Shown piece by piece: positions 12,614 through 25,700 of a stretch of DNA of 64,000 nt (positions within the stretch are counted from its first letter, which is position 1; the number at the start of each line of letters is the position of its first letter). Location: positions 4,898,001 to 4,962,000 of the forward strand of contig CM074806.1 of the NCBI GenBank assembly GCA_037447605.1. The letters run 5' to 3'. This stretch comes from Zygnema circumcarinatum SAG 698-1b. Its lineage: Eukaryota > Plantae > Zygnematophyceae. Position numbers and translations under genes: made by a program. The notes under the pieces are model-generated. The model made no database searches and had not been told where the DNA came from. It worked only from the letters and a program-made list of their open reading frames with translations.

Positions 12614-13246
12614 GCCGGGCATCGTAAAATAAGGGACTATTTGAAAAGGTCTCGTGAAAACCTAAATAAAACTCAGAAAGTCCCTAGAATAAAGCCGCCC
12701 TTCAATATGGAGTAGAAAAAAGGACCTAAACGAGACGTGCCAGACGTACGGATGAAAACGAAACAGTGTCTGCCTGCCCGCCCGCCCCCTGAGGCTGTTT
12801 GGGCGTGGCGTGTCTGCCTTGTTATTGGGCGAGAGGCCGAGGTTGGCGCCAAGAGGAATCGGACGGCTCCCTGGAGGTCCCGCGCGCCTGCCCGAGGAGG
12901 GAGAAGGGGGGGGTTCAGGAATATTGACAACACTCACTTGGTCTTTTTGGCGACAATGGAGGGAGGGAACGTGGCAAAAATGGAGTCGAACTCTGGTGCT
13001 TCATGCGTCGCTAGGCATATCAACAGTGTAAGAAAAACGGTGATCTTCGAATGCTACCACAAGACAAAAACTTCGTCCAAAACTACAAACAAAGGTTTAC
13101 GTAAAAAAGGTGCAAGAAAGTACAAAAAGTACCAAAAAAGGACGAGCAAAAAAGTCCGTCAAATCCCGAAAATGAAACTCAAATTGGTCCCGAAAATAAG
13201 TAAAGTACGGGATTTCAGGGAATTCCCTTATTTGATGATGCCTGGC
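12614..13246. mobile_element. Putative non-autonomous DNA transposon (MITE-like), 633 bp
   Basis: 23-bp terminal inverted repeats match at 20/23 positions (GCCGGGCATCGTAAAATAAGGGA at 12614-12636; TCCCTTATTTGATGATGCCTGGC at 13224-13246). The interior is A-rich with no recognisable protein. Flanks share only an imperfect agggcc(c)ag-like sequence. Confidence 0.5.
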
Positions 13247-13709
13247 TAGGGCCCAGCTAGAGGCAGGGCTTGACCGTGCCACGTGTGCTTCAATCTCAAG
13301 TGCGAATCGGCCGCCTGGTTGGCTGACATAGAGGCTGATCCAGGTTCGAATCGCTAGCAACGGTTGGCAACCGCCCTATCCAATGGTTGTACCCTGTGGT
13401 CTTTGGTTTTCAACCATGTGGGATGGTTGCCAACCATTGCATGCGTCCAATGACTGCTTATCCTTGGGAGTGTTTGGTTGCGAGCATGCCTCGCCGCTTC
13501 TCTTGGAATGCCTGCCGACCGACTGATCGACCGCGGAGCGACGCGAGCACAGGCAGCAGGCCCCCCTTTCAGCGAGCCTGCCTGCCTGCCTGCCGAGTGC
13601 AAACAGTCCAGATGCCGACATTTTCACAATTCTGGACAAACAAAATTTGCTAAGGAGCTTTTGCCTTCTTTGGATTCTTGGGTTGGCAAGATCCCAAGTA
13701 CAGCAAGCA

Positions 13710-16700
13710 TCACTGTAGGTTCCTTACGATTTCAGTTACCAGTTCAACAACGACGTCATGCTCAATGTCTATGTCCGTATCTTTGGATCCATTTCCATGA
13801 AGGAGGTAGTACTTGAGGTTACAGAGGAACGCTACATAATGGTACACGGGATTGTTGAAGCCTTGGGGCCGCACTTCCAGCACCTCGCCATACGGAGGCA
13901 TGAAGACGAGGTTTGTCATGGCAGCTCCATGCGGCGCTATGTACAGTCGCGCTTTTGAGAACAGCTCTCGTGCTTCCAGCAACGGCAGTCTGCCGTGAAA
14001 AATCTGCAAAGTTGCCGGGAGAGCTACATGAGCAGGGCAACAGCGACTGGAGGACGGGGCCGCTGGACTTGGCAGCGATGCACAAGACCCCAAGTGCTTG
14101 TGACCCTGCGAGCAGGCCCATCGGCATGGCATGCCCAATTTCCACCGCTTGACCCCTCTTCCTCAAGCAAGGCTGGAGGCAGGGATGCAAATGTGTTAAA
14201 AAGGGACAGCGCATGGGGAGCATCAGACACGAATGTCGTCATGCAGCAACGGGCCATCATGCGGTCCTGTCTCGGTAGAATAGCTCTCAGCACAGCCCCT
14301 ATGCAAGAGTATGCTTGTCCTGCAACACTAGAGAGAACAGAGTACGGATAAGACAAAGGCAGCCACCAGACCTCATCCACGACCTGCCAACTCACAGGGA
14401 AATGTGCAATACCTTGATTCGCTCTTCTGGCAACAGCCTAAGCAAACGCAATTTCAGCCTTCCCCATCCCACAATACGGCGGGTATTCTCTCGTACTCCA
14501 ATCACAATTCTCCAATCGGATGGAATCGCCCATCTTGTATCATTCCCCTGCCTGGCTCCTTGACCCCCTCCTTTAGCATTGCTGCCAAGTACAGACGTTC
14601 TTTTTTTGCCCTCGATCGATGCTGGTTCAAGAGAATCCGCCGCTTCACTGATAGCTGAAACGTTATCTTGCAAAAAGTATTCGTTTCTGAGCCTTTGAAC
14701 CAGTGCGCGACTGGGCCTGCCGCAACGCGCCATTGGGGGCAGCAACAAACGCTCCACAAAAAACAGTTCGTTATCATGAATCATGTGCAGATTCAACGTA
14801 TTCGGCGGTAAATGGATGAGCTCGAATGTGTAGAAGAAATGCTCCTGCAAAAACAATAGGAGAAGATATGTGAGCTATGGCTAAGTCCGTTAATTTTGTT
14901 CTTAAGCTATCGACAGGCACTTATGATTTTTACTAAGCCCAGCAAAAAGAGGACACAAACGGCGGAACAGTAACGCAGAACGAGACCAACAAAAGGGATG
15001 ACCACAATAACATCACAACCCTGCATCTTACTCGTTCCTCCCTCGAAAAGTTATCCTTTCAATGATATAACATTGAGGTCACGTTCCTTAAGCAGCCTGA
15101 ATTTGAGTGAGGCGTACCAAAAAGACGAGAGCGGAATAGCTCTAACGCATAATGAAGTAATGGACATACCTGCAAAGCTCTGTAGGCCACAGGCAATCCT
15201 GGATGCTTGGCGAGAAACGGCTTCAGGAGTAGAAGTGCTGGCATAACCTCCAACATCGCATGGTAAAAATTCGGTCCGTTCCAATATGCAATGCTCGCCA
15301 TCTCTTTGAATACATGCACAATTGTCTCGTTCACCTTGTATGTGCCCCAGTCAATTGGAGCAGATCTACCCATACAGCATCCCCAAAATCCGACAGATAA
15401 GTCACCCCATCATGCCCAATTCCACAAGAAACTCCAAAGCCAGCAAATCGAAAATCCCAACCCGAGTATCAGTTGTGGACAAAAAGTCCAGTAATTATAT
15501 CTGGCCGATCTGCCAGCTTGTCTCAGAGGCCACTAACTGCGCTAGACTATTTTGAATTAGGAACGAGGACACACGTCAGAATTCTGGTAAAGAGCAGCTG
15601 CTGGGGGCATATCCTTTGGAACCTGGACCAATCATTGAGCCTTCAATACTGCGCAAAGAACGGCCATTTGCCCGAAAGGGCATGAATCAATATTCTTTTG
15701 AACAGCAATGCTAGTTTACAATGAAAATAAGTAGCTATCGAAGCCTACAAATGCAGTTTCAAAAAAAGCATCATGAAGCAAGTGGAGGAACTGTTGCAAG
15801 AAGAACGAACCTGCATACTGTGGCATGCTTGTAAATGTGGTGATTGTCAAAGACAGTACCACGGTCATTGATGTACACATTCTCCAGGACGTACATCTGC
15901 ATAAGTTACATCTACATCATCAGACACTCATGTAACTCCATATTCAGCTCCCTTTACCCTGGAAGGATGGAGGAAGGTTGAAGGATGGAGGAAGGAAGGA
16001 GGTGGCGGCTGGTTGAAGGATTTTGAGTCGTTCTCTATAGCCAATGGGAACCTTGAAAAAACTGATGTCCGATGATGACATGCCTACAAGGAAGGTTGCT
16101 TGAGGGGAGAGACAAAAGGTCCATGTAGCTCATTAAATAAGGTTATCTTTCCTATTTCCTGCAGGAATGATATTGTAAGTGGGTAGCGCAGTTGTCTACA
16201 ATGATAAGTGCAGAGCAGAAATCATTCAACAGCTTTTGTAGAGTTGCCCTTACCCTTCTTGCTTACATTTTTGACGTATTTGACAAAGAGATGCATCAGA
16301 CCTGCATGTTTATGGCTATTGTCACCTAATCAATTTTTACCGTTTCATTATTCTCAGAAGATCCCTAGCAAGAAAAATAGGATCGACCAATTACGCCAAA
16401 TAATTTTCAGAAATGAATTACTTGAACACAAATTCCTGTAGTTGTCATGGAGAGAAGAAAGTCAGCTCCAGTTCAGCCCTTCTCAGTTCTCTGAAGGAGC
16501 ATACTTGACCTGCAAAACGATCGCCAGCCTCGCAATCAAATGTTGTGTTGGGTCCCTTGTAGTTGATAGGAGGCTCTGATCGCGGCCCAGGGTCGTCTAC
16601 TGCGTCGCTGTTCCAGCACGCCGAGACAGGAGCTGCCGTCCTTGGGAGCCATTTGTTGCAGGATGAAAAAGCAGGGCAATCGCCGCCTCTGCATTGTATG

Positions 16701-17401
16701 CCCTGCAGCCTGCCTTCACATGGCCTATCACTAAAGCTTGCCTCTTCACCTAGAAAGGAAGCCACAGACAAAGGCAATGTAATTCTGCGACCAACGACTC
16801 TCATTCGAAGCACAGCCAAACACATTTCGCCAGTGACCGAAGACTGCTTCCAAAGGCACAACATCCCACTGAAAAAGCCACTTCTTTGCGTCACCAAGGC
16901 TTCTGATACACAAGATGGCCTTCCAGGCTTGAACGTGCAAGATAAACCAAAGAAATGCCATTTCTAAAGCTAGTTTGAGCAGGAGGATCGAACATTGTCA
17001 CCCAAGTGCCGCTCCACACTCTAAGGACTACGCAATTCAGAGCTCCACCAACTGCATTACACCTGAAAGGCTTTGAACCAGCAACACATGTCATCCACAG
17101 GTTTCTATCGCGTGTGCACCTGGAAATACCGGAGGTCCAATTCCTTCAAATTCTCATAGGTAATATCTCCGTTTCCAAGTGTCTCCGTCCGCACTTCTCC
17201 GAGCTCCCATGAACCCCCTTGCGGCTCGAAAGTCGCATGAAGAGTTCTGGCAGCAGGGCGGAGGGAAGCGTGGGAGGAAAGGAGCAGCGATGGCCAGCAG
17301 AGGGGCTCGCGCGGCAGGAGGCAGAGCGAGGCGGCGAGCAGCCCCGCCGCCGCAGCAACAAGGCCGCAGGTGTGTAGGAGCCACGCCTCCGCCATAGCCA
17401 T
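13710..17401 (-). CDS. Glycosyltransferase family 61 (DUF563), type II membrane protein, about 7 exons
   Basis: Exon 17401-17120 encodes the signal anchor MAMAEAWLLHTCGLVAAAAGLLAASLCLL. Later exons encode MYVLENVYINDRG, NFYHAMLEVMP and, in the last exon 14003-13710, YIAPHGAAMTNLVFMPPYGEVLEV (GT61 HGA-x-x-TN motif). Confidence 0.85.
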
Positions 17402-18054
17402 GCCTCCCCTCCCCCGCGAGCTCGTGCTCGTGCAGAGGCGCAGGCGGGGCGCTTCAAGCCGTGCTGTACGGCCCACTTGGCACCGCACAAGGTCGAAGGC
17501 AGCCCCAGCCCTTTTCGGTTCAAGAGTGCGAGAGATGCGTGTCTCAAGTCCCCCCCCCTTGTGTTCCTTGACGTTTTTTGTAAGAATGTTTTGGATGTTT
17601 CGCCCCACAGAGCGCGGTGATGCTGTCATCGGAGAATGTGGAATTCGTGGAGAGAAGAGGAGGAGAGGTCGCTCTGCCGAGGTCTTGACTCGGGACAATG
17701 GACACGTTCTGCCAAACATAACGACTGATGACCTCAGGCCGAGATCTGAAGGCTTTCACTTTCAAGGTTGGATGTGCGGTTCTGCGTGCTTGACACGGCG
17801 CCCTTCCCCGGCAGGAGCCGCAATTTTCGAATGCGAGTTTTCAAACAAACAGGAAGCGAGAACTGCAGCAAGTGTGGGGGACAACAATTTTGCTGTACTT
17901 TGATATCATACGCAGAGAATGAAACGAAGGGTGGAAAACAATATCCAAAATGCACAACCATTCACAATTAGCAATGCCTGGTTAAGCTTGTTTTGGTTGC
18001 CGGTAGGCCATGGCTCGACCACGTAAGCCCTATACAGACCGGAAGCTGAAGGGG

Positions 18055-21000
18055 TCAGACGGCGGAGGCCGCCAGCTGCGCCCTGCGAATGCCCCAGAAG
18101 GAGGAGGGCTGCAGGCCGGGGGCGGCCGCCGTGAAGAGCCACCCCATGTGGTGGCCGCACAGCCCGCACCGCGCGATGGTCCACGCGTACCTGCACACCC
18201 GCGTCACGCCTCCTTTAGAGGCAGCCATGGCAGCCGACCGCCACACTTCCAGCAGCCATGCAGGCAGGCTCTCTGTCTCCGTGCCTCGCTCTGCCACACG
18301 GGAATTTTCCGCAAACCTGCGTGGGAAAGTGACTGCAGAAGTAATGGCCACAGTGGCGGCGTCCGTGCCAGGACTGTCATAAGCCAATTCATCCACTCTC
18401 CTTTCACCATGACTTCACACATCCGGCCAATCATTCGAGTCTATTGAGACAGAGGGCACGTACCCCGGGAACCAGCTATTTTCCGTCTCAGGGCGTCCCT
18501 CCAGCTCGAGGCCATGAGCCCTCCGCAAAGTCAAGGTTTCGTGGACAAACCCGTGTGCATTCACAAAAGCACCGATGGGCCCTTCTGTGGACATGACCAG
18601 CATGTCACTGCGGAGGGCTATGACTTCCTGCCATCCATTCACACCCCGCTTATCACATGCCTTTCCCAGCCACTTTATTGAGACTAGCAAACCTCCATAC
18701 TGCTATGCCCATCATACGACCCTCCATTCCCAAAAAAACAACAATCTCCTGCAGCCGATCCTCCCTCCAAGTCCTCAGTGGTTCCCGCTCCACAACATGC
18801 CTCGCTTAAGGCAAGTGCTTCAGAGAAGTCTGGCCATAACAAAGTACTCGCTCTACATCACATCGGCATAAGGACGGGCCTAAAGGAATACCTTGCATTG
18901 TTTGCAGAGCAATTTATCCATCTTCTCCAACAGTTCCATCTCCCGTCGCAATCGATATACAACAGAGTTCACTTCCAGCAGCTCCTGTCGCACGGCATCA
19001 TTCAGGGGCATGTTGCTTGCAATATACCACGCGAGTTTATCCGGATGCCGCACAAGCTCCGAAATCAAGGGCGCAGCGGCTATGTGCTGGAACATGTCTG
19101 TACAGGAGATAGAAACGAAATAAGACCAGCGAGGCTGGGGAAGACATCCATGTCACACTAGTTGCGCAGTGCATAAATTGGTGACTGCTGAAAGTTGGTA
19201 AAGCTATTCCTCTCCAAACTTACGGAGAACTGAGGTTCAATTGGCTTCACATTGCAAATGACGAACACTCGGACGCTTGTGAACACTTTTTCCAACGCAC
19301 ACAGCTTTGAAGATCCAGTATGAGGTCCAGTTACACAGGCGCAGAGCTTCCCACCTGCTGCTCTCCGTGCCAGGTCAAAAGCATCGTACATTCTGTACGC
19401 CCAGTGAGGCCAGTACGCGGCAGCCGCCCTCCTCCTCCACGCCGCCGCATCTGCCGCCCAGACCTTCCCCGCGCCGCCCCACACGTGCCGAGTGGTCCTC
19501 CGCACGCTCCTCCGCCGCCGCTCGCCCCCCGAGGGCGATCCTCCACTGGCCGCATCGCCAGCCTCCGCCCCCCTCCCGCCCTGCTCCCAATCGGCCCCTC
19601 CTCCACCCCCTCTCACAGGTCGCCTCCACCACCACCAATGTACGGCACCTTCACTCTCCCCTCCATCCTCACCACTCTCAACTGCGTCGGGTGGTTCAGC
19701 GACTTCTTCTCTAACCAGATGAACCATGAGGTCATCATCTCCACCCCTCCACTGCACGCCATCTGACAATGCAGCGTCCTCGCCTTCCTCCTCTGCCGAG
19801 ACACTGCTGTCTCCTTTGTCCTCAGTTGACGCTTCATGCCCCTCACTCTCATCCTCTGCTCTATTTTTATTGCTAGAGAAATTCCGTCCCCGTTGCGCTT
19901 CTCCTACGCAGCTCGTTTGTCTCTTCAGCCCCCTGCCACTTTGTGGGGCCGCCACAGCCGCCAGGGCAGCAAAAGCATCACGTGGAATAGGCAGAGGATG
20001 GTCTTCCTTGATAATTTCCACCCGGGCCATGGGCTGTGAAAGAAGTCAACAAATCCCTGTAAGGTTGACGGATTAAAAACACTAAGAACGCAATCAACAT
20101 CATGGGCAAAGAATGTTGAAAGCCTTCAGCACAACTAGCAGGCATTAGGTAACCCTGCAAAGCGTCACATTGCCTTGACCAGTTCTAGAGAAGTCCGCAG
20201 ATTACCGCGCCATCAGTGCCGAGCCATCTCCTGAGAAGGCGAAAGCGCTGCCGCCCCTTGGTGAGGATGTTCACGGCGCCGTCAGGGCAGTGCTTCAGCT
20301 GCCGAATCTGACAGAGCATCCGCCAGCCAATGGAGTCAGTCGGCCGCCCGTCTCCAGCAAGAGACACAGCTGCTCTGTCAAGTAGCATCTGAGATGTTGA
20401 AAATTTGCGCCTGACCTTCCGTTCAGCCTCAGTTAACGACACAAGAGTCCAAAACAGATGCAATGGTAGTAGTATCTTGATTCATACACTGTAATAGAAA
20501 ACAAGGAGGCTCACATAATTTAGGGCTATGAAGACTGTAAGTGGGCACCAATTGCCCAATTGCGAATATGGGAACAAAGAATCCCTCATTCCTATCGCTT
20601 GCAAAGGGAAAGAACATGCTAAATTTGTACATCTGTTGATATGTACTTGAGCTACTGTGGTTCGTCGTGTTCAAGTACATATTAATTCCACCCAACCCTC
20701 TATGAAGGCTTGAGGGATGCGATTGATGGGTGGAGCGTTCAGCTGACCTCGGCCGTTGTCCCTACATCTGCCACCTTGGTCATTGCGTCTTGGGAAGAAG
20801 AGCTAACATGTATCTGACCATGCAGGGAAACAATGGAAAGCCCTCAAAAACTATGACGCCTTTAAAGCAGAAGGTATGACTATGAGCCCTCTGAGACCTT
20901 TTCAGAAAGGCACTCCTTAAGCATCAAAAAGCTAGTAACAGGACTTCAACGGCTTTAGCGAAAGCTAGTGAGTCGCCTTCGAAAGCAACAAGAAACTCTT

Positions 21001-22431
21001 GAAGGGTGCCAAGCGGAACGCACCACTTACCACTCCAATGACGTGGCAGTTCGACTGATTCATAGCGCGCACCACAGCCGCTTTGAAGCGCGGCTGGATG
21101 ACGCGCAAAGGCAGAGTCTGTTCAGGAAAGAGCACAATGCCTGCGAGAATTATCCCGCGCCCTCAAGTTTACAACTCTGGCTAGCCCTGCCGCTCAGCTG
21201 AAACACGAACAAGGAGCAACTAAAAAAACGCTTCCTCGTGAACAGCAGCTTCCTTGTGCAGTAAACCACGAGGTCGTGTTTCTGGCACAACTGAAGGAGC
21301 CTGACAATGATAGCACCTTCCAAGTAAAACATCGGCATCTCAAGAAATTCTCCTTGCTCAATAAAGCCCCGTCCTCCCGCAATATCTTCCACTTCTGCAT
21401 TTTGAAATCTGGGGTTAGCAAACAATAGTGTAGTCGCACATGCTTAAGATTTCTGATTCTAAACAAACACACCCTTTAGAATCCAGCAGTTGCAGCCTCA
21501 TGCTTTCCTTCTGGGGATTACTTGTCAAAAACCACATGTTGTAAAGGCCGAACATCAACAGAAAGTGTCTCATGCTTAAGCTTTTTCTCCGCAAATCGGA
21601 CTAGAGGATACTGTTTTCACTTGTTATGCATGTTTAAAACTAATTAATTTTTCACGAATACTTCTAGTCAAATCATCGCGTCTGTCAACCCCTATGCTCA
21701 ACAAGGACAACAGTTCTTCGCGCAAGCTTCCGTGCTATCTCTCAAAAACGCCCATGAGCATGGCAGAATAAGTCGAGCATTGCACGTGGTCGACAGGAAT
21801 GGCATCAATGGCTAGACAAAAAAACTGCGACTGAAGGACACCTTAACCGTCTGAGGCCTCGCATACATAGGATGAATAAGGATTATATAATGAGGAGGTT
21901 AGTTTCAAACAGGTTGACAATTTTCTTATTTCTTTCTTACTCTTTTTCAATTTTCTTTCGTTCTTCTTATTTTCTTTTTGATTATCTAAGACCGGACTCA
22001 CCTCCTAAGTAAGTGTGCATGGACGTAACAGAAGGGTCAAAAGTGAACCCTCCCTCCCCTCCCGCCCCCCCATCGTCTGCTCCGGTGGAGCTGCTGCCAA
22101 ACGCAGCGCATCAATCAACCTCGGCCTCCTGCTAAGGCGGGACGCCTTCCACGCATGGAAAAAGTCTATGTGCAGATGCGGTCAAGCAGAACTCATGCAT
22201 TTGCATCAATGCTTGCGAGTAATGCGGAAAGTCGTGAAAGTTGCATGCGGAGGTCTAGGAACAGCGGCAGAGTGGGCCGGCGTACCTGGAGTCGTCGGAA
22301 TTGAGCGCGTGGTGGGAGTCCGCGCGGTCGTCGTCCTCGTCCTCCTCGACGAGGTGCTCAGCCTCCAGGCTCAGCACGTGCTGCCGCTGCAGCGCCTCGC
22401 CAGCCTCCATGCCTCCCTCGCCCGCCTCCAT
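18055..22431 (-). CDS. CRBN: Cereblon (Lon N-terminal domain plus CULT domain), multi-exon
   Basis: Exons encode FTFDPSVTSMHTYLG (~22000-22050), EMPMFYLEG|IVLFPEQTLPLRV, VGTTAE|IRQLK...TKGRQRFRLLRRW, LAWYIASNMPL...RLRREMELL...LCKQC, FVNAHGFVHETLTL...NSWFPG|YAWTIARCGLCGHHMGWLF and the stop at 18055. Confidence 0.94.
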
Positions 22432-22507
22432 GCCTCCCTCGCCCCTCCTCTCTCACTCCCTCTCTTTTTTCCCTTCCTGCAGGCCTCTCCCTCCCCTCTC
22501 CTATACC

Positions 22508-22612
22508 GTACCAGCAGAGCCCCCCTCCGCCCGGGCGGCCGGGCCGCAGGCCCCAGTACAGTACGGACACGGCCCTGTACGGCGTCCAGTACGGTCCTGC
22601 GCGGCACTGTAC
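22508..22612. promoter_or_regulatory. Bidirectional CRBN/SPHK promoter with six GTAC cores
   Basis: GTAC at 22508, 22556, 22561, 22577, 22589 and 22609; five are in GTACGG/CCGTAC context. They lie in the 272-bp gap between the divergent ATGs and are flanked by GA-rich leaders on each sense strand. Confidence 0.6.
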
Positions 22613-22703
22613 GGGCAGCGCGCGGCTGCAGGCGGCGGTTGCGCACGCCCAGGAGGGAGAGGGAGAGGGAGAGGGCGAGGGAGAGGGAGCGAGAGGGCGC
22701 GCC

Positions 22704-25700
22704 ATGGCGGAGGCGGAGGCGGAGCTGGAGGCGCTGGTGGAGGTGGACGGGCGCGCGCAGGTGGCGCGGCTGGAGGGCGGGGTGGTGCAGTGGGCGGGCG
22801 GGCGCGTGCGGCTGCGCGAGGAGGGCGTGGGCGTGAGCGCAGGCGCGGCCTCCCTCACGCTGCACGCGCTGCAGCGCACGCCCGCCGCCTGCTGCGCGCC
22901 CGCGCGCCTCGCCCGCCGGGACGTGCGCCTCGACTTCGGGGACCGCCTGAGCGACCACGCGCGCTGGCGCAACGCGCTCGAGGCCTTCTTCCACGCGGCC
23001 GGTGCGCTCGCGACCTCGTGCTCGTGCTCGTGCCCATGCACATGCTCATGCTGCGCGCACCAGCGGGAGGGGGGGGGGGCTGTCTGCTTGTGTCTGAGGG
23101 CACCATCGATCTGGCTTTGCGTTCGCACTCTCTGCCTTGAGTGAGTCCTTGAAAGCTTCCGCGCTCGCCTCAGCCTGACGCGGGCTGCCTGCCTCGCCTT
23201 GCAGCGCGGCCGACGCGGCTCCTCGTGCTCGTGAACCCGAAGGGCGGGCAGGGCAAGGCGGGCCACATCTTCAGCAGCGTGGTAGAGCCGCTCTTCCAGG
23301 CGGCCAAGATCAGCATCCGCATGATCGGTGCTCCCTCCCTCCCTCCCCTTGCTTGCCCGCTGGCAGGCGAGCTGCGAGCTGTGCCCGCCTGCGCGCATCA
23401 CCTCCGTCCAGGGCGGGACCCTGTCCGGTGGGGTCGGGCCGCGCCGTACGGCCGTACGTACGGACGCTGAGGCGGAGGGGCGGGCGGGCGGGCAGAGACC
23501 CAGCACGTGCGGCACGCGCTGGAGATCGCGCGGGGGCTCGACCTCGGCGCGCAGGACGGCGTGGTGTGCGTCAGCGGGGACGGCCTCGTGGTGGAGGTGG
23601 GCCCGCCCGCCCTCCCTCTCGCCCTCCCTCTCGCCCTCCCGCCGAGGCCTGCACGCCGACCGCCGGACGGCCCTCGCTGAGGGAGGGAGGGCGGGAGTAT
23701 GGGGCGTCGCGCGCCCTCCTGCTGCAGGTTCTCAACGGCTTTCTGCAGAGGGAGGACTGGCGGGCGGCGGTGCGGATGCCCATCGGCATTGTTCCCGCAG
23801 GTGGGCGCCCGCTCCGCGCTGCGCACCCCGCGGGCCCAGGATAGCCTCCTGCGCGGCGTGACGTGGCATGGCGGGGATAACGTGTCGGTTGCAGGGTCGG
23901 GCAATGGAATGGTGAAGTCGCTGCTGGATAACGGGGGGGAGGACTGCGACGCCCTCAGCGCCACATTCGCCATCATCCAAGGTGAGCCTGCATTGTACAT
24001 CGCGGAAATGTGTGCGCACCCATGGCAAATTACGGATTTAAACTGAGTGCTGAATCTGGGGACTCCTCCTGCAGGTATAGAATTTAAGTCTGAGGCACCG
24101 ATTTGTACGGTTGACCCGTGAATCTCATTTCTTGCAGGGAAGTCTAAGGAGGTTGACGTGGCCACAGTCACGCAGGCAAAGAATTGTTTCCACAGTGTCC
24201 TTAACTTCTACTGGGGTGAGCTTGGCCTTCTCCCTTTAAACTGCTGGGCTGCTGCGTTGCTTTTCCACGTAAAGGGTGGTGAATGATCCCTCCGCCCCGC
24301 AAGACAGAGAAGAGTTCCCGTCAGTCGTTCTCCAATGCTCATGTGCCAGCCTCACCGTGCCCGTCCGCAGTGATTGCTCCGGCTAGAAGCTGAGAGGGGC
24401 AGGTTCGGACTGCGCTATTTGAATATTGGGAAACGGAGAGGAAGCGCAAACACCTGTGGAGGCTGAAATGTCCTGGCTGGAATCTCACAAAGGCTTTGAG
24501 CCTCTTCGGGCAGGACAGGTTTGACAGCTGATGCCGACATTGAATCGGAAAAATACCGTTGGATGGGAGGATTGCGCTTAACATTTCAGGTGCTGCTATG
24601 GCCTCTTCTCTAGAAGGGCTTCCTGAGTTTTACCTGCACGGCCAGGAGAGGACTTCTCCATTTGCCGCGACCATATTGTCCACTCCACGTGATATGCATC
24701 TTGAAATATTGGTTTCTAGCTGCGTTCAGTTCAGTTACAGAGCTAACAGTTGAAGCATATTTATTATGTTGAGATTATTGAAGGAGTGTTGCCCAAGAAA
24801 CGTTGAAACGAAAAAAAAAAAAATACGGAAAGAAACCGAAAAGAAACCCCACACTCCTGACGGTTGCATGGTATCCATTCAACGCACGACAGGAATAGAG
24901 CAACTCACTGAATGGCAGGACTGGTCAGGAGTGTCAATTATCAGTCGCCGGTTGTAGTTGACGCCAAGTCAAGAATTGAGAACTTCGCTGTTACGAATCA
25001 CTTTAGAAACAAATTCCTGTCAATCGCAAAGTTTTGCGTTGCAGGTCACTTTCTGATGCTGGATACTGTGGATTTAGAAATCATCTAAAATCCAGCTTTG
25101 AATACATGAAACATGAACTGTCATCATTTATTTTACGGAGAGAACGACGCTACTGTCTAGTTCTTAATTTGTTGTAAGAAAAAGCAGTATTATCCTTATT
25201 GTCTTCTATCATGACCTTTCTTGTTCTTGTATCCCTATGTTGTATTGCAGGCTGTTATTCGCATCCTGAACATGCGGAAGTACTCTGGGCGCCTGTTGTA
25301 CTTGCCGGCAGAGGAGGCTCAGAGCAGCGAGCCCCTGGAGAACAGCGGAGGCGGCGGAATGTACCGCGGGCCGCCCCCTGCGGCGGAGGAGGAGAGGCGG
25401 CAGTGGCGGGAAGTGGCTGGCGAGTTCGTGCTGGTCTGGATGCAGGGCCCCGCCTGGGCGGCAACCGACATGAAGCCGTTTCCGCTGGGACAGGTGAGAC
25501 GGCTTGCACCGCCAGATGATGAAGGGAGACGGACGAGTAGCCCCCTCACTGTTGAAGGAGATGCGGGGAGGGAGCCTCGCTATGTCTAGTGGCAGCCAAA
25601 AGATGCACAACGGCCCCTCCAGATGCTTTCTGCTTTCTGCTTAACTACTTACTTGGCCTTCCACATGCAGCTGTCAGATGGCTGCTTCGATGTGATGGTG

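Noticed and set aside
13320-13352. GGTTCGAATC B-box-like motif suggesting a tRNA or tRNA-derived SINE
   Set aside because: The only A-box-like sequence is ~12 nt upstream (too close), no cloverleaf can be folded, and there is no T-run terminator.
22015-24171. Many long overlapping ORFs (e.g. 385 aa at 22358-23515) in very GC-rich blocks, also at 40200-40900 and 55800-57000
   Set aside because: They are antisense or off-frame shadows of real exons and microsatellites, where stop codons are rare.
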